DNA of 64,000 bases, taken from the NCBI RefSeq assembly GCF_009914755.1, contig NC_060934.1, one strand, 5' to 3'. The position numbers and the translations under genes were made by a program. Within the stretch, counting starts at the first letter, position 1; each line of letters opens with the position of its first letter. The DNA is from the human T2T-CHM13v2.0 reference genome, Homo sapiens. Below the pieces are notes generated by a model. The model did not search any database. It saw only the letters and a program-made list of their open reading frames with translations, and was not told the origin of the DNA. Shown one piece after another: positions 39,543-52,265 of this stretch.

Positions 39543-41348
39543 TGTATGAGTCAGCTCAGGCTGCTATGACAAAATACCATGAACTGGGTAGTTTCAACAG
39601 CAGACATTTATTTGTCATCATTCCAGATACTAGAAGTTCAAGATCAAGGTGCCAGCAGTTGTCCTGACTTGCAAACAACCCCTTCTCCCTGTGTCCTCAC
39701 ATGGCAGAGAGAAAGGAGCTAGAGCTTAGCCCTCCCATGTCTCTTGCAATAAGGACACCAGCTCTATCTGATTAGGGTCCCATCCTCATGACCACATATA
39801 ACCTAAATTACTTCTAAAAAGACCCCATCTCCAAATACAGCCATATTGGATGTTAAGACCTTGACATGTAAATGTTGGGGTGACACAAACATTCAGTTGA
39901 TAAAATTCCACCTAAAAATTTACGACCTCCAAAAACTCTTGACCCCCTAGCATGCAAACTACGTTCATTCCAGCCCAACATCCCCAAACATCTTCACTCA
40001 TTCCAGCATCAGTGCTGAAGCTTAAAGTCTAGAGTCTCATCTCAATGTCATCTGAATCTGACACAGGTGAGGTTCAAGTCACAATTCATCCTGAGCTACA
40101 CTTCTTCTACAGCTGTGAACCATTAAAACTGGACAAATATGCCCTTCCAAAGTACAATAGTAGGGATACACATTCTCATTCCAAAACAATAGTAGGGATA
40201 CACATTCTCATTCTGAAAGAGAGAAACAGGAAAGAAGAAAGGGGCAGCGGGTTCCAGGCAAGCCCAAAATCTAGTAAGGCAAATTTTATTCAAGCTTAAG
40301 GCTTGAGAAACACTTTGTTTGGCTAATGTTCCTCCTTCCAGCCCAAGGGGGTGGCAGCTTCACCCCAGGGCTCTACTGGGTGGCCCCACTCCCCACTTTC
40401 TGACCCGTGGAGTTCTGGCCCATTAAAACAGAAACCAAGGAGGCAGACCTGATTATCTCTGAATCACCATCAGGGTGATGCTTCCATTTTTCTGAAAGAT
40501 AAAACACACATGCAGCAGAATAGCTCTGTGGTCACATCCTGTGGAATCTCAGCAGTCTGATTCCTTCCTTTATTTTGTCCCCACTGTGTCCCCTCTGGTT
40601 CAAGCTGACAGAGTCTCTGGAAGTAATCCAGTCTCTATTCCTGGATCCTTCTGAGGTGGGTGATTACAGCCATGGTTCCCACCCACACTCATCTCCTTAT
40701 CAAGTGGATATTCAGGCAAACCCTGTGTGTTCTTTTCAAAACCAGCTTCTCCATAACATTCTATGATACCTGCATGCTCTAAGATACTAGAAGCTTTCTC
40801 TCCAGCTCTCCCCTTTCCTCTCTGAGCCTTCCCCAGAGTCACCTTGAACAACCATATTTCTACCAACAAGCACTTCACAGCCATCTAGCCTTTTTACCTA
40901 TTACCCAGGTTCAAGGCCACTTCCACATTTTTAGGTATTTGTTACAGCAGCACCCCTGCCCCTCAGCACCAAAATCTCTTAGCCTGCTCAAGCTTCCATA
41001 GGAAATACCACAAAGAAGGTGTTTTATTAATAAAACAAACATTGATTTTTCAGTCCTGGGGGCTGGAATTTCAAGGTCAGGTGGTGGCACAGTCAGTGTT
41101 CGGTGAGGACTCTCTTCCTGGTTTGCAGGTGGCTGTCTTCTCACTGTATCCTTACATGGGGCAGAGAGAGCCAGAGAACTCTCTTTGATGTGTTCTTATA
41201 AGGGCATGAATGCCATTAGATTAGGATCCCAATCTATGACCTTATTAACCTTAATTACCCTTCTACTCCAAATACAGCCACATGGTGAGGGGAGGGGAGG
41301 GTTTCAATGTATGACTTGGGGGTGATATATACATTCAGTCATAACCAC
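39543..41348 (-). mobile_element. MLT1A-like MaLR element with LTR-internal-LTR structure
   Basis: LTR about 39543-39905; internal about 39906-40976 ending ttccacatttttaggtatttgttacagcagcaccc...caccaaaatc; second LTR about 40977-41348. Confidence 0.85.
40154..40212. repeat. 32-bp-period duplication inside the MLT1A internal region
   Basis: acaatagtagggatacacattctcattc at 40154 and 40186. Confidence 0.9.
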
Positions 41349-41349
41349 A

Positions 41350-41500
41350 TATTAGCTGTGTGATCTCAGGCACATTATTTAATACCTCTGAGGATTGGTC
41401 AAAAGTGCCACTACATCCTTTGTCTGCCCCATAGGCTTCCTGTGAGGATCAATCAAATGGAATATATATGAAGATGCTTTGCAAACTATTAGACACCATA
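41350..41500 (+). mobile_element. MIR fragment
   Basis: ttagctgtgtgatctcaggcacattatttaatacctctgag...tgtgaggatcaa. Confidence 0.65.
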
Positions 41501-41985
41501 CCAACATCAGCTAAATGAGAAAAGAAGAAAAAAGTCACATAGCTCTACAGTGTAAAAAACACTCTGGACCAGAATCATTTATTAGTTGTGATTTTTCTGC
41601 ACTTCTCCTTTAGGAGAAAAAAGCAAATGGCTATAAAAAAGGAATCATATTTTTAAACATCTAGACTAACAGCATGAATCCTTCTTGGTCAATCTCCTAC
41701 ATTTCTACCAGACAATGAGAAATGAGGTCAGACTTTCATTAAAATTATAACAATAACAACAAAGTTCAGCAGGTTCACAGTGAACTGAATCATTTTTAGA
41801 AACTTTCACAACTTAAGTAGAAATAAAAAGGAGCTTCTGTCTAATGAGGAAATACAGCTTATCCCTAAACCTCATGCCTTAAACGTTAATGAGATGTGGT
41901 TATAACTAGCATATTTGTGTTGCTGTGTTAGGCAGATTTGCTGCTAAAGGAAAACAATCACCAGAAAGCACTATTTAAGACAGTC

Positions 41986-42362
41986 TGTATTCATGTGTTC
42001 TCATGCTACTAATAAAGACATACCCAAGACTGGGTAATTTATTTTAAAAAGAGGTTTGATTGACTCACAATTCTGCAAGGATGGAGAGACCTCAGGAAAC
42101 TTACAATCATGGCAGAAGGAGAAGCAAGCACTTCCTTCTTCACATGGCATCAGGAAAGAAAAGAATGAGTGCCCAGCAAAGGGGGAAGCCCCTTATAAAA
42201 CCATCAGATCTCATGAGAACTAATTCACATCATGAGAACAGGATGGGGGAAACCACCCTCATGATTCAATTATCTCCACCTGGTCCCTCCCACGACACAT
42301 AGGGATTATGAGAACTATAATTCAAGATGAGATTTGCGTGGGGACACAACAAAACCATATCA
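41986..42362 (-). mobile_element. THE1C-like solo LTR
   Basis: tgtattcatgtgttctcatgctactaataaagacatacccaagactgggtaattt...aaaccatatca; perfect TSD CAGTC. Confidence 0.94.
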
Positions 42363-42485
42363 CAGTCTATGTGAATAAACAAGGCCTCTCATTTTTTGAC
42401 AGTGACTGTTTTGCAGACTTTTCCCTATTCCTCTAAAGATTCTTTCCATCATCACCTTTATTTGTGCATTTAAAATCTATCAGGC

Positions 42486-43150
42486 AGTTGGGCATGGTGG
42501 CTCACACCTTGTAATCCCAGCACTTTGAGAGACCAAGGCGGGGCGGATTTCTTGAGCTCAGGAGTTGAAGACCAGCCTGGGCAACATGGCACATTGATAT
42601 AGTTTGGCTCTGTGTCTCCACCCAAATCTCACCTTGAATTGTAATAATCCCTACATGTCAAGGTCAGTCTAGGTGGAGGTAATTTAATCATAAGGGTAAT
42701 TTCCCCTATGCTGTTCTCATAATGAGTGAGTCTCATGAGATCTGATGGTTCTATAAGCATCTGGCATTTCCCCTGCTTGCACTCATTCTCTCTCCTGCTG
42801 CCTTGTGAAGAGTTGCCTTCCACCATGATTGTAAGTTCCCTGAGGCCTGCCCAGCCATACAGAACTTTGAGTCAATTAAATCTTTTCTTTAAAAATTACC
42901 CAGTGTCAGGTATTTTCTTCATAGCAGTGTGAGAACAGATTTATACACCCATTTTTACAAAAAATACAAAAATTAGTTGGGCATGGTGGCACGCACCTGC
43001 AGTCTCAGCTACTCAGGAGAATGAGGTGGGAAGACCCCTTGAGTCCAGGAGGTTGATGCTGCGGTAAGCCATGATGGCGCCACTGCACTCCAGCCTAGGT
43101 GAGTGAGTGAGACCCTGACTCTAAATAAATAAATATTTTTTAAAATAAAA
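42486..43150 (+). mobile_element. AluJ split by a THE1D insertion
   Basis: Left part 42486-42594, right part 42948-43150; TSD taaaatctatcaggc / taaaatctatctggc. Confidence 0.92.
42595..42947 (+). mobile_element. THE1D-like solo LTR
   Basis: tgatatagtttggctctgtgtctccacccaaatctcaccttgaattgtaataatccc...gatttataca; TSD cacat/cccat. Confidence 0.92.
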
Positions 43151-43495
43151 TAAAATCTATCTGGCCTGTCTTCTTACACATGGGAGTCCATGTTTTTCTC
43201 TACAGAAAATGGTTGGCAGATTATAGGTGAGAAAGAAAATAATTATCCTAAACTAGATTCCAGAAACTTGGAATAAGAGCATCTTTCAATAAACACAATA
43301 AAGAAGAGAAAATGGCATAAAGTTATGCCGAAATCTCATACTGTGTGTTCTGTGTGTCTTCTTAATTTGGGGTAAATTGCCTATGCAATATCTGTGCCTT
43401 TCCAGACAAACTTAGAGAAGCTGTATCTTTCTTGTTGTTATTTGTTTTTACTAGCAACAGAACATTGGTTTTCTTAAGAGAATGTTACTGAACTA

Positions 43496-43838
<343 letters not shown>

Positions 43839-45062
43839 TAATATTTAACATTATCTACCAGAAAGCTAAAGAACACAAGGCTCTCAGCTCAAGGTAAATG
43901 AGGGACAACTTCACAAAGAGAAATAGGAAAGGCAGCCCCCCAGAGGCAAGTGCGTCTTCCACGGGGCAAAGGCCAAATTATTCCCTAGTGAATCCACAAG
44001 CTAGAATGCCTCATGTCAGGTGTGAAGGGTGAAGAAGAAATTCAAGGGATCGTGAAATGTCTTCCATTCTATACTGGGTTTAACAATTTCTATCTTTCAG
44101 CCACTAGGCAAACTTCTACCTTGCCTTGTTCAACACAGTTTATAATAAGTCTGTTAGCCTTAAAAAACCAAGAAAGGCCCAGGGCAGGTTACTGACACTG
44201 ACTTGATCTCTTGCATTTGCCCGTCAGGAAGTTTCCATATCCTTGGAAGAAGAGATGAGACCTGCACCCCCTCACCACTGCCTAAGGAGACAGCCTCTTG
44301 TGAACGCTGCTTCTAATGCTTTATTTCTGAGCACACAAGCTTCATCTGCTCCTCTAGAAAACGTTGAGACTGAGAAGTGTTTGTAGAAAGAGGTGGACTC
44401 CCTGCAATGTGACCAGTGGGGCTTTCGGCCTGTTTTTTAACATCACGAATGCTAAAGAAAAGGAACTATAAAAACGGGGAAGAAAAGGCCAGAACCCATG
44501 TGAACCTCATTCCAGCTGGATAATCTCCTAATTCCTCAAATACTCAACATTCCCCAATATTTGAAACATTTCAAAACGGATATCTTAACTGGTCAAGACA
44601 AAACTGTTCTTCCCAGAGGTCGGTGTCCATCAGGGGTTTAGGCAGAGACCTTTTGTGACGTCTCACATTGCGATTTCAGAAGCCTCAGCTTCTGGGAAGG
44701 AGGAGCTGGGGACACAGTTGGGCCAAAAAATGTGCCTGCACAGGGGCGGCCTGGTGACAGACATGCAGAATGGCCCCTACAGGGGTCGAGTTCAGGGTGA
44801 AAAAAGTTGTTCTGGGGCCTCAGCCATCAAGAAGAATCCTGTTTCATGCAATATTTTTTAAAAATCAAAATGAGTGCAAAAAATAGTCCACAATAAACAA
44901 AATATCAAAATTTGCCATAAAGACTGGATCAGACGGGGTTGTGCTCAGTCAGTTCAGAGCCTGAGGCAGGCGAGATGTGTCCCCCAGCCCCATATGCATG
45001 TTTTTATGAATTTCTTTAATAGTTGATTTTTATCCAGGACTAGTTGAAAATATGGAAAACAG

Positions 45063-45356
<294 letters not shown>

Positions 45357-45577
45357 TATGGAAAATAATTTAAAAGTGGATGTGTTAAAACTCACAGCAT
45401 TATTTTAAGTATTGTATTTATACCAAGAACAAAATGTATTATAATTTTAGTTTCCCAGCCCCAAAACTCCTTTTACAGGATACTACTGTGACTTATATTG
45501 TTAAAAATTCCCAAGACCTCTTCCAAACTGAGATAAAATTTTACTAAGCAAAACTCACAATGACTTTTAGAAGATAT

Positions 45578-46091
45578 CCATAGTGTATATGTACCACATT
45601 TTCTTTATCCAGTCTATCATTGATGGGCATTTGGGTTTGTTCCAAGTCTTTGCTATAGTAAATAGTGCTGCAGTAAACACACATGTGCATATGTCTTTAT
45701 AGTACACCATGGAATACTATGCAGCCATAAAAAAGAATGAATTAATGTCCTTTGCAAAAACATGGATGAGGCTAGAAGCCATCATTCTCAGCAAACTAAC
45801 ACAGGAACAGAAAACCAAATGCCATATGTTCTCACTCATAAGTGGGAATTGAACAATGAGAACACATGGACACAGGGAGGGGAACATCACACACTGGGAC
45901 CTGTCAGGGGATGGGGGGCAAAGGGAGGGAGAGCATTAGGACAAATACGTAATGCATGCAGAGCTTAAAACCTAGATGACAGGTTATAGGTGCAGCAAAC
46001 CACCATACCACATGTATACCTATGTAACAAACCTGCAAGTTCTGCACACGTATCCCAGAACTTAAAGAAAAATAAATAATAATAATAAAAA
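45578..46091 (+). mobile_element. 5'-inverted L1PA (about L1PA7) insertion
   Basis: Antisense L1 at 45578-45702, then sense 3' end at 45703-46091 with A/AAT tail. Confidence 0.9.
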
Positions 46092-47149
46092 CATACTCAC
46101 CACCCCGACACCTAATAGAATTTTAAAAAGATATCAACATGATGCTGATTTTATATTACAAACTCTTGACATAACAGGCTTCTCAAAATCACCTATTTAA
46201 GAGGAAATCTGTCCAGAACTTAAATCATCAGAATGTTTTAGGGTTGAGTCAGTGGCTGCTTTTTGAAAATCAAATGTATTCATGCAGAATAACTTTCTTT
46301 AGTAAAAATTCAAAATCTGAAGACAGTTTTTTAATTTTGCGTTTCTCCACCTCAAATGTTAAATTAAGGCATCTATAATCTAAATTTCTATTTGATTTCC
46401 CTTTTTCCAGAAGAATTGACACTCTTGTGTGGTGATTCATACATTTCTAATTTTTTACCTTTCCTTTTCATTCATTTTCAAATTCAGGAAGAATATTCCT
46501 ACCTTTTGCTAACATTTTAAATCTATCTCACATACTCTTTCTCTTATTTGATTTCATTTACAACACTCAGTTGAAAATGACGGAAAGATGGAAAGAACTT
46601 TTAAAAAGATTACTGATGGCTTTGCATTGTTTAAAGCCAATAGGTAAAATTATAATAAATTCTGATTTAAGTATAGGTAAAATATTTCCATTTAAAGTAA
46701 GATTATGAGCTTTAGTACTCCTACTTTTTAATTTTCAACATTTGTTTATCTGCTTGAGCCACAGATAACTGAGAGATGAATGAGCCACAGAAAGCTGAGA
46801 GATGAGGCACACAGGGGCACACATTCTCCCTGCTGCTGCCTCAGGTGCAGGACAGCTCTGCACAATACCATCACCGTCCTCGGGGACATGAACGTCCAAG
46901 TCCCAGATGACAACTGGACTTTTCAGTGCACAAACCAATGCCCCTGTTCTCTCTGAAGCCCCCACCAAGGAGCTGAGCTGTCAGGATCTGCTCCTGCTGT
47001 TCACGCCTCTCTTCTCTCTCCCTCTCTCCCTCTCTCTCTGAGCCTCTCTTTTACCCCATCATCCTTCAAATCTCAAAGCAGTAATAGGAAATAAGTGAGG
47101 AGGAAGTGGAGGCAGAAACCATCTCATTTCCTCTGAGTTCCATCTTAGA

Positions 47150-47320
47150 CTCTTAGAAGAGCAGAGATTGGAGGGCCAGCCTCTCGACCTCATGTCTCAT
47201 GAGCCACTTCCTGCTCTGTGGACCTGGTGAGTGGCTTAGCCTGTATTCCCGGGTTCCCACATCAATCCCTGCCTCCCAGGGTCACTAGAGAGGTTTAGTA
47301 AACACAGATGCATGCACACT
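47150..47320 (+). mobile_element. MIR fragment
   Basis: ccacttcctgctctgtggacctgg...ccctgcctcccagggtc. Confidence 0.45.
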
Positions 47321-47665
47321 TAAAACAGTCTTCAATCTCATCCAGGTAGCTGCAAATGCCATTAATTCATTCATTTGTATGGCTATATAGTGTTCCATCA
47401 TGTAAATATACCAGTTTCTTAATCCACTGGTTGATTGGTGGGCACTTGGGTTGATTTGACATTTTTGCAGTTGTGAATTGTGCTGCTAAAAGCACGCATG
47501 TGCAGGTAACCTTTTTGTATAATGACTTCTTTTCCTCTGGGTAGATACCCAGTAGTGGGATTACTGGATCAAATTGTCATTCTGCTTTTAGTTCTTTAAG
47601 GAATCTCCACACTGTCTTCCATAGTGGTTGTACTAGTTTACATTCCCACCAGCAGTGTAGAAGTG
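47321..47665 (-). mobile_element. L1PB fragment
   Basis: tgcaaatgccattaattcattc...tataatgacttcttttcctctgggtagatacccagtagtgggatt...cccaccagcagtgtagaagtg. Confidence 0.88.
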
Positions 47666-48218
47666 GGAACCCACTGTTTTTGTAGCAAGCAGTAAGCAAG
47701 CCTGCTGCCGTCGTGGGGAGGCAAGAGTGATGACCTCACCCGTCAAGATGACAAGCTGCATAAACAGTGCTGAGAAATGGGCTGGATAGCAGAGAGCTTG
47801 GGGCCTCAGTGTCTTGGCACAGACAGCAAGACATGTGGGAGTTCTGGAGGCCTGCAGAGGATGGCCTCCTGCAAGGGTCACTACCTACCATGTCCTACCC
47901 TCTGGTTCTAATGTCCCTGTGCACCACAAGTTCCCACATAACACAAGACCCTCTTACCAGTGACTAAAGCTTAACCTAATTCTCCCTACAGTGTTGGAAA
48001 CTTGGTGCGCTATCCCTCCCAGACAGAATTAAAGGCTTTCAAACCTAAGGAATGAATCTCTAATGGTGTAATTTTACACTCTATGACCCATGAGTAAAAG
48101 AGAGTGTTTTCTGGAATATTTCTTGAGTCTAATGCTTTATAAATTAATGAAGGAAAAAGATGCTGACTAATCTGGGACACGTTAGCTAAGGGCTAGGAAG
48201 GGCATTAGTTCAAGCTGC

Positions 48219-48620
48219 TGTGTTTATCTCCATAGGGCTGGTGTAATGAACTGAGGGGCTTAAAATAACAGCAATTTATACTCCACAGTCCTAGAGGCCA
48301 GAGTCTGAGGTCAAGGCATCCTCAGGGTCAGTTCCTTCTGGAAGCTCTGGGGAGAATCCTGGCCTTGGCTTGCAGACCCATCACCCCAAACTCTGTCTCT
48401 ATCCCAATGTGGCCTTCTCCCCTCTGTTTCTCTCTGTCTTCTCCTTTTCTGTCTCTTTTAAGGAAGCCTAACATTAGATTTAGGGCCCACCCTAATCCAG
48501 GATGATCTCGTCTTGAGATCCTTATGCCTTAGTTGCATCTGCACAGGCCCTTCTCCCAAATGAGGGCACCTTCTGAGTTTCCAGATAGACATATCTTTTG
48601 GGGACAGAGTTCCTCCCACA
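48219..48620 (-). mobile_element. MLT1C-like MaLR LTR
   Basis: ggcttaaaataacagcaattta...gatttagggcccaccctaatccaggatgatctc. Confidence 0.85.
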
Positions 48621-49163
48621 TGTCTGGCAGCCTGAGTGATGCACATCCATCCTTGTTGGAACCCAATGGAAGCAGCCTCGATCTTCCATCTCCACCAGTG
48701 AACCAAGAAGTCTTCCATGTCCACCACCCCTCACCAGAGGGAGGCAGGGCCTCAGCCGTGGGCAGGGCTCCCCTGATGGCTGGGGTTAGGATGAGAATCC
48801 AGCATGGGGAAGACCCTCTGATTCCAAATCAACAGTCCAGGGACCATCCCGGTTCCCTCCGTCCACTTTCTCATGGGAAAGGCGGTTGTCCTCAGGCCTC
48901 TGGATGGGCAGGCTCCTCACTCCTGAGACACAATGTAGTGTATGAAGTGAGCAAATGCCCACTTTTAGGCATTACTATAGGGTCACTATGTGAAAGTTTT
49001 GTAAGGTGATTACCTGAGCAGGCATTCAGTTCTTTTCAGGGCATAAAGTTATCTCTTTGTGTCCATGGCTTACAGACAGGCACGAGTAGTAGTTCTCTCA
49101 AAACTTTTGCAAGGTAACTGCCCACCCTCCATCTCCTGGGCCTGCTGCTGAGAGCACACATCA

Positions 49164-49211
49164 CCACACACCTGGCCACACACCTGGCCGCACACCTGGC
49201 CACACACCTGG
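49164..49211. repeat. 12-bp tandem repeat CCACACACCTGG x4
   Basis: Read directly; one substitution. Confidence 0.92.
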
Positions 49212-49804
49212 TGGGGTGGGGACAGGACAGCAGCCACAGCTGCTGTCATCACTTAGTGGGTTTGGGGCTTCTTCCTCCTAGGCTCTGATTCTTGACCATG
49301 ACTTACAGCAAGTCAAATGTTCACACACGTCACAAGATACTATGCCTTTCTCATCCAAAATTAGACAGCAGTGAGGCCACCGCTGAGAGATTAAGGGCTT
49401 CCGTCAGCAGCCAGCAAAGGCCTGGATGCATGCAGCCCTCCCATGTCCCCACCTCAGAGGCTGAGTGACCCCTCTCAGTTCCTTTGCAGCAGCATAGCTT
49501 TGTCAACTCCAATTCTCTCTCTGGATAATAATGGCCTGGTTCTAAATCTCAGGCCTCCACTGCGGAAGGGCATATTCCACTTAGTCAGTGGTTATGCCCG
49601 TGGTGACATTGGCATAGGGTGATAAGCATAGGCAAAGGAGAGATGGTGGCCTTGCACGAGAGAATAGCTAAGCAGCAAGCCACAGAGCAGGAAAGTGAGG
49701 CATGGGAGGCCTTGGGAACACCTGTGTTGGAACCAGTTTTCAGTTAGAGACAAAATCCTGAATACAGAGTGTTAACATGAACAGCCTCCTGCCCAAGTGG
49801 GAAG

Positions 49805-50656
49805 TGTAGACCAAAATTAAAATTCTAAGCCTCCCAACTGACTGAATGAACTCCCATCTCAGGGACTCCAAAGTAAACCTGAAAAACTCATTCAGGCCCT
49901 GAAGGGAAGAGGCAGTGGGACAGGCCTTGTTATACCTCTTCCTTTTGGAGTTCAGGTACAATGAACAGTACTGACATTAACATAGAGATCCTAAGACTGA
50001 CAGAACAGACTCTTTATAGCAATAAGATACCAACATGACAGGTAGCCAGCCCTGAAGAAATAAAAGTATTTTATCCTAAAATATAGTTATTTGACATATT
50101 TTGAAATGACCCTACAAGGTCATCTCTTGTGGAGGAAATTTACATCCTGCAGAGAACCCCCTTCCCTTTCCAGGTATTTTCCTGATCCAAAAGAGGTTAA
50201 CCAAGAATCTGGTGCCTTTTAAGTTCTGATGAGAGATATTCAAATCTATTGTCTCTGAAGCCTGCTACCTGGAGTCTTCATCTGCATGACAAGAACCTTG
50301 GCTCCCACACCTCTCTTCTTACCTTAACTCAAGCTGCCTTCAACTCTTAAGGCAGAGCTTAACACTTTCAACCAACTGCCAATCAGGAAATCAGAATCCA
50401 CCTATGACCAGGAAGCCCCCTCCTGCTTCAAGACGTCCTGCCTTTCAGGGGCCGAATCAACGTGTACCTTCTATGTATTGATGTATGCCTTTGCCTGTAA
50501 CTTCCTTCTCCCAAAAATGTATAATCTGTAACCCAACCACCTTGGACACATGTTCTCAGGACCTCCCGAGGCTGTGTAACTGGCCATGGTCCTGAAACTT
50601 GCCAAAATAAATCTCTAAATTGATTGAGATCTGTCTCAGATACTTTTTGGTTTATA
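49805..50656 (+). mobile_element. MER4-family (ERV1) solo LTR
   Basis: tgtagaccaaaattaaaattctaagcc...aaataaatctctaaattgattgaga...ttttggtttata; 4-bp TSD GAAG. Confidence 0.88.
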
Positions 50657-50892
50657 GAAGTAAACAGAAATGTTCACTCTGGGCAAAATCAGTATGCTAC
50701 CTTAAAAGGTGGCATTGCTTCCATCTGGGAATTTAGCACAATGCATGTGTAATTAAAGATAATCCACCAAGTGTAGAATTTAAACTGGTTCAACAACTCC
50801 ACAAATTCTTAAGGACAAATTGCCTGGGAAGTGGCTGAGATGTGATTCCATCTTGATGTCCAAATGCAGTCTGCACTTGGTTTGATCCATCC

Positions 50893-51132
50893 TGGTAAAA
50901 GAAAAACTTCAGCCAAATTAAATTTAAAGGAGTTTAATTGAGCAATGAACAATTCATGAATCGGGCAGCCCCCAGAATCACAGCAGGTTCAGAGAGACTC
51001 CTGGGATGCCTCATGGTCGTAACAAATTTGTAGACAAAAAAGGTAAAGTGACGTACAGGAATCGGCAGTGAGGTACAGAACAGCTGAATTTTGGTTACAG
51101 GTTGGTGCTTGCCTTATTTGAACACTCAGCAG
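50893..51132 (-). mobile_element. MER51-like LTR fragment
   Basis: aaaagaaaaacttcagccaaattaaatttaaaggagtttaattgagcaatgaacaattcatgaatcgggcagcc. Confidence 0.8.
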
Positions 51133-51136
51133 TCTC

Positions 51137-51472
51137 TGCTCACACAGTTATGGAGGCTGATAAATCCAAAACCTGCAGGGCAGCCAGCAGGCTGGAGACC
51201 CAGGGAAGAACTGGGGCTGCAGAGGACGTCTGAGGGCTGCCTGCTGACAGATTCCTTCTCTGAGGGGAGGCCAGTCTTCTGCTCTATTCAGGCCTTCAGC
51301 TGATTGGATGAGCCCACCCACATTAGAGAGGACAATCTACATTCTTTGAAGTTCACCAATTTAAATGTTAACTTCATCCCAAAACACCTTATAGAAACAT
51401 CCAGAACAGTACCTGATCAAACATCTGAACACCCTGGTCCAGCCAAATTGACACATAAAATTCACCATCACA
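51137..51472 (-). mobile_element. MLT2D-like LTR fragment
   Basis: caggctggagacccaggg...tgattggatgagcccacccacatt...ttgacacataaaattcaccatcaca. Confidence 0.85.
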
Positions 51473-51539
51473 GGAGACATTCGTCAAGTCAATGGCAGGG
51501 ATAAAAAGGCAGAAGTGAGGGGAGATACAGAAAACTGAG

Positions 51540-51800
51540 GGTCATCTAGAACTCTTCCCTATGCATGGACCTTATTTAGATCCTAACTCAAAGAAATCAA
51601 CTGCAAAAAGATGTTGCTGAGACAACTGGGGAAATTTTATTGTAGATTGGACATTAGATAATACCAAAAAGCATACCCTTAATTGTGTTACATTTGGTAA
51701 TGCCATAGTAAGAGAATATCCATACTGTTTAGAGATGCATGGTGAAGTGTGCAGGGATGAAATGAAATTTAATGAGGATTGCATTAAAATAATCTCATAA
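51540..51800 (+). mobile_element. Old L1 (L1MC/ME) 3' fragment
   Basis: gaccttatttagatcct...gagacaactggggaaatt...tttagagatgcatggtgaagt. Confidence 0.6.
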
Positions 51801-51816
51801 GAAAAGGAAAAAAAGA

Positions 51817-52090
51817 GGCTGGGCACAGTAGCTTGCACCTGTAATCCTAGCACTTTGGGAGGCCAAGGCAGGAAGATCACTTGAGGTCAAGAGTTCAAGA
51901 CCAGACTGGCCAACATGGTGAAACCCCATCTCTACTAAAAATACAAAAGTTAGCTGGGTATGGTGGCACATGCATGTATTCCCAGCTACTCGGGAGGCTG
52001 AGGCAGGAGAATCACTTGAACTGGGGTGGCCGAGCTTGCAGTGAGCTGAGATCATGCCACTGCACTCCAGGCTGGGTGACAGAGTAAGAC
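51817..52090 (+). mobile_element. Alu (AluS)
   Basis: Full dimeric Alu; tail expanded into a purine tract. Confidence 0.93.
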
Positions 52091-52265
52091 AAGACAAGAC
52101 AGACAAAGAAAGAGAGAGAGAGAAAAAAAAAAAAGAAAAGAGAAGAGGAGAGGAGAGGAGAGGAGGGGAGAGAAGAGAAAAGAGAAAAGAAAAGGAAAGG
52201 AAAGAGAAGAGAAGAGAAAAGAAAAGAAAGGGAAGGGAAGGAAAGGAAAGGAAAAGAAAGAGGAG
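52086..52265. repeat. Alu-tail-derived purine-rich compound repeat
   Basis: AGACA, GAGAG, GAAAA and GGAAA units. Confidence 0.9.

Noticed and set aside
44740-45060. Possible hAT-Tip100-like DNA transposon fragment
   Set aside because: Only a vague resemblance; no terminal inverted repeat or TSD could be confirmed by eye
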